Origin: Octopus sinensis
Lineage: Eukaryota
Length of the DNA: 24,488 nt
Direction of reading: 5' to 3'
Assembly: GCF_006345805.1 (NCBI RefSeq)
Contig: NW_021836278.1
Coordinates: forward strand, 1-24,488
The notes beneath the pieces were generated by a model, which saw nothing but the letters and a program-made list of their open reading frames with translations, did no database searches and had not been told where the DNA came from. A program made the position numbers and the translations under genes. Positions 1-10,818 of this stretch are shown one piece after another; within the stretch, counting starts at the first letter, position 1, and each line of letters begins with the position of its first letter.

Positions 1-689
1 TTTTATACCGCAAGAGACAAAGTTTTTGAAAGCTTCCTTTCTCTTTTTCTCAAGTTCGTCATCACTGTCATTTTCCAAAACCTCTTTTTCTGTATCATCA
101 CTGTTATGCCCCATAAGCTCTTTTCGATGTGTTTCACTAACTGAATTGCAATTCTTGATTCCCATAAACAGAAAGAAAGGTATCTGCCTTGTCGTCGAGT
201 GAATAGTGTAATTATAATCCTCGACAATATCTTTGATAATATTGACATAACGTCCAAAACAATTTTTTGATTCACTGGTGGAGGAAATCCAACCTTTTAC
301 ACTCTTATTAAATCTAAAATTAATTAATGCAGAAAACATCTTTCTATTTGTCCCTGTACCCAAGGGGCCCGTGGTCTTCCAACATCCTTAAAGACAATTG
401 ATCTGGCTATTCTCTTAAGCCGCATTCGCTGAAACTTGCTCTTGTTATCGAAGACACTCAAATCCTCTTCATTGGACTTGAATTCTTTGATAATTTCCAA
501 TTCTTCCCTAGAAAGTGCCACCTGACGCATTAAATCACGCTGCTTTAAAATTAAATTATTTTATCAGTTTTAATAAAAATTTATACATAAATAAACGACT
601 TTTTCCTTAAAATTATTTTTTTCTTATTTTTTTTGTAATATTTGCTACAAGGTAACAAAATGGGCGGATTTCAGAATGGGACTGTGACA
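1..689 (-). mobile_element. Ginger-type (Gypsy-integrase-related) DNA transposon, internally deleted, runs off the window start
   Basis: Minus strand reads an N-terminal segment (MRQVALSREELEII...KRIARSIVF) fused to GRPRAPWVQGQIER. After a 26-nt intron-like gap (314-339) it continues FNKSVKGWIS...YNYTIHSTTRQIPFFLFMG, the integrase C-terminal core. The terminus ...GGGACTGTGACA ends at 689 and resembles the other Ginger ends in the window. Confidence 0.8.
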
Positions 690-1323
690 TTAGATACCTT
701 GATTACATCAATTTAATGACTTATGATTTCTACGGTCCATTTTCCAAAACTGTTGGCCATCATACAGGATTATATGGAATAGACGATGCTGATACACTCA
801 ACACTGTACTCAAATTAAATAAACTCAAAATTTATAGGATTATGTAGTCAGATATTGGTCTAAGCACGGTGCTCCAAAGTCAAAACTAGTCATCGGGTTA
901 CCAACCTACGCAAGAGGATTCATAACTTCCTCAAGAAATCCAAAAATTGGAGATGAAAAATTGGGGAACCTGGAGGAGGACCGATAACAAAAGAATCAGG
1001 AATTCTAGCATATAATGAGGTACTTATTATTCTCAAAAAATTTTTAGTATTCTAATCAAGGTTATGATGAAGTTTGGGACGATAAGCAAAAAGCTTCTCA
1101 TGGAGTCAAGGACTATCATTGGTTGGGATATGAAAGTATCAGAAGTATTAAAGAAAAGGGAAATAAATATTTTTTTACCTTGTAGGCAAAATATGTGAAA
1201 GATAATGGACTAGCAGGGATGTTTGTTTGGACTTTAGATTTTGACGATGTTAATCGAGATGAATGCGGCCAAGGACAATCGCCCTTGATATCACAAATGA
1301 AAAAATCACTGAATATTAGATGA
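690..1323 (+). pseudogene. GH18 chitinase, 3' half only, interrupted by the Ginger element; at least one frameshift
   Basis: Spliced translation: RYLDYINLMTYDFYGP...[18 protein letters not shown]...KESGILAYNE...WLGYES...AKYVKDNGLAGMFVWTLDFDD...CGQGQSPLISQMKKSL. Introns of 32, 28 and 27 nt (the last has a GG donor at 1159). The catalytic DxxDxDxE motif is not in the window. Confidence 0.85.
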
Positions 1324-2578
1324 GACATGTTTTAAATAATTATTCACTCCTAGTCTCTGGAAATCAATATAACTAACAATTTATTTTTTTGGACAAATAC
1401 TAACCTTTATTAAAATCAAATATCAAAAAAAATTTCAATTAAGACTAAAAAAACTTCGGTTCTCAATCGCCGTTATCCGGGGGAACAGTTTGGCGATCCG
1501 TCAGGCTGCTGACCCTCCCTTCGATTAATCTTTTATCACTTTAGGCAAACTAAATTATTTTTAATCAAGACTAAGTTGAATAACCTTTTTATCAAATATA
1601 ACTCTGATAATTTTTCTGTACAAAAAAATTCTTAAAATAAAATTGAATGAAACAATGGTAGTTTGAATAAATAATTCTTTGCGGTAATAAAAATGATGGT
1701 GTTTAAATTATAATTAGCTGATTTACCACAAGTTTTGATATAGTACATTTATTCTGGCAAAAGTATGTATTCAAAGTACAAAAACAACACGGTTGCATTT
1801 TCTTGAAGAAATTTATTATTTGTAATCAATCATATTATAAGCGCACAGAAAAATCTTCAAAATTAACGTGAGTGATTTAATTCAAAAAAGTAAGTATTTT
1901 TAATATATTATAAAATTGAGTCAGTTTTTGATTTTCTACGTTTCTGGAATACAATAAAATGTCAAAACTTCCGCAAATGCAATAAAACATTCGAAAAGAA
2001 TATTTCATTGATATTTGTTCAAAAAAGTTTACCAACGATCACCACTTCATTGAATATGTTAGATTTCCGAAAAATATTTGTTGAATATATGATTGGAAAA
2101 GAAGAAATCACTATCCAAAAAATTTAAAGAGAACGAAAATACTTATTATTTGTCTCAAACGTTGCAAAGATGCTGTTTTGTAAATTATTGAAATTTTGAT
2201 GATGAAAACATTGCATTTGATGTTATTCAAAGATATTTGAGACTTCGACAAGGCTTTTTTAAAAATTGGATTTTAAATTTATTTTCTTTAATTTAAAATC
2301 CCGATAAGTAACTAATAATTACATTAATGATTCAAGCTTTAATATGGCAGAAATGCTAGATTCAGTAATAACCAAAGTTTTTGGCATTTTCACCAATTTC
2401 AAAGTAGATTTAAAAATCTTAAGGTCGTAAATCCAAATTTCTACCAACTTTGTAAAAAATAGGTACGAGTTCGTGCTGTCTGAGAATGCATAAATTCTCA
2501 ATATCTTTTTGGCACGGGTTTGTTTATTTAGGTATTAGTATTATTTTATATCTATGAAACTATATTTATTTTTATTTA

Positions 2579-2694
2579 CAGTGCGACCTTGAATTGGGGA
2601 AAACTAAGTAGCGGGGAAAACCTTGCTTTTGGGGAAATATTTTCGCGATCCCTATAAAATATCGGGGAGATTTCTTCAATTCGAGGTCGCACTA
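2579..2694. mobile_element. 116-bp MITE, Tc1/mariner-pogo type
   Basis: Imperfect TIRs CAGTGCGACCTTGAATTG...CAATTCGAGGTCGCACTA, flanked by TA at 2577-2578 and 2695-2696. Confidence 0.85.
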
Positions 2695-4700
2695 TATTTG
2701 TTTTTTAATATGAATTAAAATAAACTTGTTTAAATCAAACAATGCAACGTGGTATTTGCGACAAAACTGAAAAAATTCTCCCACAACTTCACAGAATTAG
2801 ATTATTGTACAATAAATTGGATTATTGTACTAGCAATCTGAGGTTCATCGCCACAGAAGGACTTTATTTGTCAATTCAGAGGCTGCAATGTTTTTGCATA
2901 TTTCAAAATTGTTTTTTGATAATTTGTACGTGAATTGTGGCCTCGTCTGACTCCAAAACGGCATCTTTTTTTCTTGAATTCTAGGAAGAAGTGGATGCGG
3001 TCTTGTTCGCTTTTATACCTGCTTGAGATCAAATGGATCCTATTCCAAATAGTCTTATCAATTTAATAAAATGAAGCTCTTCATAGAAGTTTGAGATCCT
3101 GGAATATGTCCTAGGTAACAATATTTATTTGTTTTGGAGTTTCCATTTTTAATCCATTTATTTTAATCAAAAAAGATTTTTCTTAGTCACAAAACTCTCA
3201 CAAAAATCCAATTTGAGATGTTGTAAATATGTAATATTTTAACTTTTAAACCGCATTCATTTATGACGGGGAGGACAATTCATAAGGTGTATTACCCATA
3301 AAGTAACGTGTAATTTTCCTATAATTTTCTTGTATTTCTGTCTATTAACATTCGTTCTTTATAGAAATATTCTTTTCTGAAACCACCACTTTGGTAAAAA
3401 TTCTGGAGAGGTTGATTTGTTTTCCGATGCGACTGGGGTAAAAAAATTGAAAAGACGGTGACCAATGTTAGGTTTTGACTCACAAAGCTCGGTTTCTTGA
3501 TGTGTTTGATCAAAATAAAATGAAGTAAAATGTTCAGTTAATCTTCACGCTATAAAGAAGCTCATAGAGAAATCAATAAAATTCAGCCTGTGCCTTTATT
3601 AATAAAAAGAAACTAATTAATTTCAAACTAAGTCCTGAATCTTTCTCTTTCTCTTCTTCCTCCTCTTCTCTGGCTCTAATCTTTATAAAATATTGTGTTA
3701 AGGTGGCTGAAGGTTCTATGCATCTAATATGCAACTCGGATTGACAGTGACGCAGTCTTCATCGGCCACACTACAAAAGAAAAAAAGGAGGGACTTCGTT
3801 TGGATTAGTTAATTCCTTGGTAACATGTTCTCTTTCTGTCTGATTTTTACATTAAAAAATTACAAAAAGTGTAGCCGGCCTGAGCGAAATGTCAATATGT
3901 GTTTACATCATGCTGGAATAGGAATTGGTACGAAAATCAAAATATCAAGCCGGATATTTCTAAAGACGAGGTATACGATCATGCTCATCCAGATTGAATT
4001 AACTTGCATGAAACAAATTAAGATGAAGAAAATACATAAATATGAGAATTGAAATTGTTCATGTGCCTAAGCTTACTATTATGCTGGTTGAGGGTACAAA
4101 ACTGGCATGGCTGTCAAAAATGTGTTGAATACTATAATCATATTTGTGACAAAGTTTATTAACTATCCTTGTGGGATCCACCCCGAAGACATTCGACGTG
4201 TAAGAAAATATTTTTACTGTTTAATACGACACCGAAATCGACCTATCCCTAGAATAAATATGACAATATTTTATATTCAAGTAATGCATAATAAGGGTTC
4301 GGGGGATATGCCGCAAAAATCGTCATATGGAAGGAGAACGGGATTAGTGGACGTGTCCGCAGTGAGTTTGACACTGGTCATATTCCTTGATGAATTGGTT
4401 CAGTAACTGGGAAATTATCTCCAATTTTATTTTCAAGATATCGACGTTTTCAGATCCAGTATATTTGATAAATCCATTTTTTATTAATTTCAAGTATTCA
4501 AGAAAATGGTCATTAAATTTAATAAAGATTTGGACGCTCCGGGAATTTACGGTGCATTTCCTTTAAGGATCCCAAATCTCTTGTATAGCCAAGTTGTTTC
4601 CTGCGTTATTGATTTAGTACTAAAATATCTCCCACTATTTTGACTTTTTTATTTAAAAGCTATATTTTTTTGTTTTTACGCAAATATGGGGAAATAGGAA

Positions 4701-5230
4701 CAGTAGTACACTATGACCCCGGTTTGGGGTAGACCCCAGAGATGGTCCACCCTCGGTTTTTGGAGCAGTTTTAAAAAACTATGAAACAAAAATTAAAATT
4801 GCTAAAGATATAAAATATGGTCAATTTTAAAAAAGAGATCTCGCTAAAAAGTATAAAACGAGCAAAATCGTTTACATTAGATTAGTTTTTGAAACTTTTC
4901 TACGTTTGAGAAATGAATTTCTTTCAATTTCTGGAACCATATTGAAATTATTGAAAAAAAATTTCTACAAAAATAAATTACGAATCATTTAAGGTCAAGG
5001 CATCAAATGAATGGCTTGACCGGTTCAAGTAAAGGCACGAGTTTGTATTCAAAACTATAAGTGGAGAAAAGAATTCGTCTGACCCTTCTTCATTATCTAA
5101 TTTTTTCTCTGATTATGACAACTGTTAGGAAACTGTAGGAAATGAAAATATTTTCAAATGTACGAAACTGCTTTATACATACAGCGAACGCCGTCGAAAT
5201 CTTTTGTTCAACTTAATGTCAAACGAGCTG
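4701..5230 (+). mobile_element. Degenerate pogo/Tigger (CENP-B-like) transposase N-terminal remnant
   Basis: KASNEWLDRFK*RHEFVFKTISGE (CENP-B-type HTH) near 5000-5070 and IFKC(D)ETALY...KRAGF (first catalytic D region) near 5150-5235. A possible TIR CAGTAGTAC starts at 4701; boundaries approximate. Confidence 0.7.
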
Positions 5231-5312
5231 GCTTTTTCTGCGGATATCGTTCGCGATATTACGTGGAAATCCATATTTTATTTATTTATTAGGACCAAAA
5301 ACACTGTCATAA
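5221..5312 (+). mobile_element. CRE-clade-like non-LTR retrotransposon 3' tip
   Basis: Encodes RISFAILRGN, and about 50 nt are roughly 85% identical by eye to 7411-7460. Confidence 0.55.
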
Positions 5313-5713
5313 CCAGAATTAACTATTTCAGGTTATCTCAGTCTCTTTCAGAGACCTTCGCATCTTTTCTCTGTGTTCTACAGCGCATTGTCTAAGAGGT
5401 CGGAGATCCCGAACATGGACATTTTTTCTGATATTGGAAATAAGAATCAATCCATTTAAGATTAAGCATTAAAACACGTGGAATAAAATTAATTAAATAT
5501 TCAAATGAATAAATAATTTTTTAGTCATAAAAATTAATTGACCTAAACATATTTCTGGGACCACGTTGGACATGTAATAAGTAAATAGTCATTTTTATTA
5601 TCAAATTAAAAATTTAACCTTTGAGCATAATATTTTTTTCTATATTTTTATATTTTGAAAAATATATTTGCAAAAGTTTTTTAAAAAAATAATTAAAAGC
5701 AAAGACGTGTTTT

Positions 5714-6170
5714 CAGTGGGGTAAAAATCTGACACTGTTGCTATTATAGCTGAAAGAGTGAATTTTTTTAATTATTTTAGAGAATAGTAATGGAATCTTT
5801 TTTAAGGGACAAATTAAATCCTACTATAAGCAAAATTTTTCTTATAAGAGAATTTCTGATATCCTTGGTGTTGCAAAATTGACTGTATTTAATGTTGTTC
5901 CGCAATACATCAAGGAAGGAACCATTTGTAGAAAAAGTGGATCTGGAAGATGAACATTTCTGGATACAAAGGAAGCTAAAATATTGGTCGAACTTTCTGA
6001 AGCTAATTGTGAAAAATCCGCTAAAGATTTGTAAGTAGAAATGGAAACAATTACTAAAAAAGTTATTCCCCCAAACTATTACTCGCGATTTAAATAAGAA
6101 TGGTGCATTTGGATGAGTAACAAAGAAAAAACAATTTTTAAGTTAAAACACAATTAAAAGACACGAAAGG
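5714..6170 (+). mobile_element. Tc1-family transposase N-terminal remnant
   Basis: Tc1-like TIR start CAGTGGGGTAAAAA at 5714. Translation EISDILGVAKLTVFNVV...RKSGSGR...ITRDLNKNG matches the paired-like and second HTH regions, with stops and frameshifts. Confidence 0.7.
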
Positions 6171-7354
6171 GGTTTTAATTTAATAAAATTAATAATTTTG
6201 ATTCAGATTTTTTTGATTTTTACGGGATTTGTTTGATTTAAATCAGATTTTTATGAATAAATGTTTTTTATTCAAAAATAAATACAAAAAATAGAAATCG
6301 TATTTATTTAAAAGGTTTGTTAATGATGATACTTAAAAATAATTAGTTGTGTCTAAAGCGACAGAAATTGGTGTTATCAGCCGCAAATATTTTTTAACAC
6401 GATGGCAAATATTTTAGGCTTCACAAATTCTCAAAATTGTAGACAAATTATCCAGATAAACAGAAAAAGGAGTATTAGTGGAATATATGCCTCTAGCGAG
6501 TTGCATATCTATCAAAGTTTTTTTCGATAGCGTCATCGTAGTAACAAAATTAATTAATCATTAATTCCTCTTTCTCAGAAATAATTCACTGATTAAACCA
6601 CTTTAAACTTTCGACGGATTTTCAGTGATATTAAAATTAGTTCGGCATAACAAATAATGCTGACTCAGATACGAGACCCTTTTAACAATTACATCTGGCT
6701 TGACAGCCAGTCTTTCCAGGAATATTATGTTTATCGAAAGTTGACATTTAAAAAGATATGGACAAATCAATCAATCTTTTTTACAAAGATTTCTTATTTA
6801 ATTTTAAAACTATTCGAAAATTTCAACATAGTGACTGGTAAGAGGCTTTATGAGTCACGTGACATGAAGTGATAAACAAGATCGGGGTTTGAGCTAATGA
6901 CTATTTACAATTTTCTTCGATTTTAGAGCTAATTCGATATAAATTATGCCTACTCGATGAAACGAGATGTCAAAAGTAAGTTTATCTTTCCAGTCACTTC
7001 TAATGGTTATGGTTCTAGATTATATATGAATGAACAAGTGCCCAATTTGTAGAAAAATGAAAAAAAGTCGATCACTTCATTTATTCCCGAAATGAAAAAG
7101 TCAATAAAATATGTCAATTTAACTCACTTTCCACAATGGCCAATAAAAATAAACTTATTAGATAAGAAAAGTACATCTTCGATCACATAAAAAACAAAAT
7201 TATAAATGGAAAAATAAAACAAGCCGTCTGTGCATGAAAAAATTTAAATTTGCAATTTTTCTGATCTTTTGGTTAAATTCAGATTTTCCTGATTCTTGCC
7301 TGCCTAAATCTGTGTTCCTACCGGTTTGTGATGACCTTCTCGCTTTAATCTCAA

Positions 7355-7496
7355 TATGTAATCAGATTTCGAAATGAAAGTCCTTAAACACCAAAGATCA
7401 TAGAAAAATGAAACGACCTGGATTTTTCAGCGAATATCGTTCGCCATATTACGTGGAAATTGTCTTTCCATCCGCTCGGCGACTCATCTAATTTAG
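7355..7496 (+). mobile_element. CRE-clade-like retrotransposon 3' end (C-terminus of restriction-like endonuclease region)
   Basis: Translation ...KDHRK(N)ETTWIFQRISFAILRGNCLSIRSATHLI*, homologous to 17826-18071. Confidence 0.7.
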
Positions 7497-8760
7497 TTAA
7501 CTTCTCTTTTTCTTGTTTCCTTTTTCTGTTGTTAAAAATATAAAAATGGATCTTCATTGTATCCAGTCCTAATCTCAATAAAACAATACACGTTGAGTCA
7601 TTATGCACTGATCGTACAGTATTGAAAATATATTTTAATAAACTTTGTTGACGCAATATAAAAGAGTATCAATAACCATCGTCAGCACGTAAAAAGCCGA
7701 TTTTTATAAATCCATAAATATTATGTCGCGTCCCACACGAGCTACCCATCCCATGGTGGTTACATGTCACCTGTCAATCTATCTAATGCCTGTCATGGTG
7801 ACTGTCAAATTTAATAATTAATTAATTGGATTGATTTCGAATCAATAATCGTTTCAACAATAAAAATTTATTAAAATAAAGCGTCTACGTTTTTTAACTT
7901 GATTCATATTAACTATTTTAGACTTCCCTGAACTTGTTTTAATCTGTTAAATAAAATAATAATAAAATAGACCTCTAGTCGATTGTTTGACAAAATTTGA
8001 ACAACTTCAGCAGGTTCTCCATATGGGGATTCAAATCGGTTTAGCCTTATGGAAGGATTTGTCCCAAAATCCTTTAGAACTCTAACCTAACAATTATTCA
8101 CTAAAAATACTCCGCTCCCAATTGAAAAATCGTATTTCGATTGATGACATTCATTTTTTTATTCATGCGTTTAAAATATGGTGAATTTAATTAGGTGGAG
8201 AAAAATTCAATATAAAATCACTAGCATCCAAGTTGTCTAGCATATGTTATTCAAAATTTACCTGAAACATCTAAAATATTTTCTACATCCATATCCTCTG
8301 ATGATACATGATAAAAATCATCCGAACACTCACTTTCTTTGAAATTAAAAAAATTAAAAAAACTTTTATCATCATGAATGACGGTGTTTATACCAGAAAC
8401 TCCTCTTAGTTTTTTAAATGGTGTTTCATTTATAGAAGAATGAATAGTCGTGTTATATGTAAAAGTGCTTCGTTTAATAAATTGGATCCAGTTTTTAGTT
8501 GATTCTTCACTCATCAGCTTTGAAAGATTTCGTGTTAAAGTTTGATTAAATCTTTCCACGATACCCTGAAACAGATAAATATTGTGTCATTACTTGTGAT
8601 TGAGGATGATTTGGTCTTCCGTAAATATGTTGGATTTTGTTTTTCATTCCTGTTGCAGTTTACGAATTCCAGAATGGCTATTCCGGTGAATAGAATCTGC
8701 AATAGTTTGCATCTCACTCTCATTATCCATGCAAATAACTATACCATTTACAACTCTATT

Positions 8761-8975
8761 TTGCATGTACGAAATTTAATTTGCGGTCAGTAAACTCATT
8801 TCTGCAAGTAAGAAATGATTTTTGCGGTTAAGAAAGTCAATTTTGCAATCAAGAAAATTAATTTGCAGTCATGAAAATCGGTTTTGCAAGTGGGAAATTA
8901 AATTTGCGGCTAGAAAAATCAATTTTGCTAGTAGGAATATTACTTTAGCTAGCAGGAAATTCAATTTTGCAAATT
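8761..8975 (+). repeat. Array of 11 degenerate 20/21-bp units in the left arm
   Basis: TTGC-type cores at 8761, 8781, 8802, 8822, 8843, 8863, 8884, 8904, 8925, 8946, 8967. Confidence 0.9.
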
Positions 8976-9056
8976 CATTTTGTATAAACTTGACGCAACA
9001 TTAATGCGTTTAAACAATATATATAAAGTATTTTTGCGTTTAAAATTAAATTAAAA

Positions 9057-9587
9057 ATGGCACAAAATCGAGAAGCCTCCGAAAATTCACAAGAAAATGG
9101 TACAGAAGACATTTGCATAAACAGACAAGGAAGAGGCTCATATACAGGGGAGTCCTGTAAAACATGGTTTAAGCAACTTATTAATGAATGTGATGCATCA
9201 GGAGTTACACATCCAACATTCGTAATTGATAATGCTCCTATTCACAGTCAACTTGAGTCTGTAATAAATCCAGGAAAAAATAGTGAATTATTAAGACTAG
9301 CGCCATATTCGTATTTAATCAACCCAATAGAACTTGCTTGGAGTTCATTCAAAGCTGAAGTAAAAAAAAGAATTCGTGAAAATATGGATATAATTATAAA
9401 TTATAAAAAAACTGCAGAGGGACTGTCAATAACCGAATTTAGAATGAGCATCTTGGAAAGGATTGCAATTGAGGCAAAAGAAGTATTAACTCCACAAAAG
9501 TTAATGGAATTCTCGAATCATGTGGAGAGATATTACTCCTCAGTTATTCGATGTGAAGATTTAACTGACAATTCTTTTTTGCCATAA
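9057..9587 (+). CDS. Truncated IS630/Tc1-family DDE transposase (short N-terminus fused to the C-terminal half)
   Basis: Open 176-aa ORF with FVIDNAPIH...LAPYSYLINPIELAWS; 33 residues between the D and E by my count. No HTH and no first catalytic D. Confidence 0.85.
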   Translation: MAQNREASENSQENGTEDICINRQGRGSYTGESCKTWFKQLINECDASGVTHPTFVIDNAPIHSQLESVINPGKNSELLRLAPYSYLINPIELAWSSFKAEVKKRIRENMDIIINYKKTAEGLSITEFRMSILERIAIEAKEVLTPQKLMEFSNHVERYYSSVIRCEDLTDNSFLP

Positions 9588-9589
9588 AA

Positions 9590-9806
9590 ATTTCTTGCAA
9601 AATAGAATTTCTCACTTGCAAAATTGGTTTTCATGACCGCAAATTTAATTTCTTGATTGGAAAATCGATTTTCCCAGTCGCAAAATTCATTTACTATTTG
9701 CAAAAATGATTTTCCTAACCGCAAACCGGATTTCTTACATGCAAAATTGACATTCTTGACTGCAAATTTAATTTCCAGATTGCAAAAATGATGTTCTCAG
9801 CAGCAA
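9590..9806 (-). repeat. Mirror-image array of 11 degenerate 20/21-bp units in the right arm
   Basis: GCAA-type cores at 9597, 9618, 9639, 9659, 9680, 9700, 9721, 9741, 9762, 9782, 9803. Confidence 0.9.
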
Positions 9807-10818
9807 AATTGACTTGTAAATGGTATAGTTTGTGCTTTTGAAATCTTTCGTCTTTGAGGTATAAGCAGTCATCAATGACAATAAATTTAGTGAATTTTTT
9901 AGTTAATTTATATTTTATTTGTCTTGAAGATGTCTGTACAGGTTGGCCATTTAAAATATTGACTATAGTATGATATTCTGAGATATTTTTTACAAAACCT
10001 ATTATTATATATACAGGGGAAAACATTTTAAAGAGGACATGTTGAAAATTGAATAATAACGCTAAAAATATTAAATATGCCCACACGAGTAACGAATGAT
10101 TAAACCACATTAATTATGACATCTGACAGCCAATGACCTCGTTAAAATGATTGATTGACAGGTGACATGTAGCCAGCATGGGATGCGTAACCACCATGGG
10201 ACGCGACATATTATATCACCGATGACAAAAAATGAATTCATTCCATCTCCATGGACTTAGTGAATACTACGAAGCTCAGTACAAGCAAAAAAAACTTGGC
10301 AAAAAAATATACAAAGTAACATAAATATAATAAATTTGATAGAAATGTGTAAAAATGGACAAAATACAACAACTGATGTAGTTTTTTAGTTCATTCATCC
10401 TATAGAGTTGAGTCGTCGAAATATATTGATGACTTTTGGACAAGAGGAGTCCTCAATAAGCGTTTTAAAGTGTATTTCTTATTGGCATTATATTCAGAAT
10501 ATTGACTATTTCCAACAACAATAAACTAAAAATTCACCTATTTATTAATAAAATATTTTAAATAATTTATAAACCATTGTGGTTTTCCTTCAATTGCTTG
10601 GAATTTTTAAGACCAGGCGATTAAGAGAATTTGGCGAGTAAGAGAAATAATAAATATTGTATCTTCCGTTAAAAAAATTTTACGATTTTTAAAAATTCAT
10701 TTAAGTGATTATGAATAAATATTTGAAACATTTATTTAAAAAACCAAAATGTTAGCTAAAATAATCAATTGGAATTTTTTGCGTGATCATTTTTCCATAT
10801 TTTTTTGCATTTGTATTA

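Larger units (their letters stand above)
8742..9825 (+). mobile_element. 1084-bp IS630/Tc1-like non-autonomous element with repeat-array TIRs, TA TSD
   Basis: Perfect terminal inverted TACCATTTACAA, with TA at 8740-8741 and 9826-9827. Removing the element plus one TA restores the Ginger frame (KHKLVICMD). Confidence 0.9.
7724..10208 (-). mobile_element. Ginger-type DNA transposon with intron-containing, internally deleted integrase-like transposase; interrupted by a Tc1-like element
   Basis: Imperfect TIRs TGTCGCGTCCCA...ATGTCACCTGTCAATC at both ends and a TATTA duplication at 7719-7723 and 10209-10213. Minus strand: ...YHTIVNILNGQ...KHKL|VICMD...IHRNSHSG...HIYGRPNHPQSQ^GIVERFNQTL...YNTTIHSSINETPF...KDFGTN...RFESPY. 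Confidence 0.9.

Noticed and set aside
1460-1520. GC-rich patch with PBS-like TGGCGATCCGTCAGG after AACA
   Set aside because: No LTR pair or gag/pol nearby, and tRNA complementarity cannot be verified without the host tRNA set.
2300-3800. Possible spliced minus-strand host gene with an acidic stretch (could be TFIIA-beta)
   Set aside because: No consistent frame or recognisable domain, and no TFIIA C-terminal motif.
7030-7070. CPICR motif suggesting a RING/IAP gene
   Set aside because: Only the last Cys pair is visible, with no upstream ligands in any consistent frame.
7315-7350. Box C-like TGATGA suggesting a snoRNA or SINE head upstream of the CRE tip
   Set aside because: No matching downstream D box with terminal stem, and no Pol III A/B boxes.
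8761-9806. CRISPR-like array (conserved cores with variable spacers)
   Set aside because: Eukaryotic context, cores only 4 bp, no cas genes, and the two arrays are mirror-image arms of a TA-flanked transposon.
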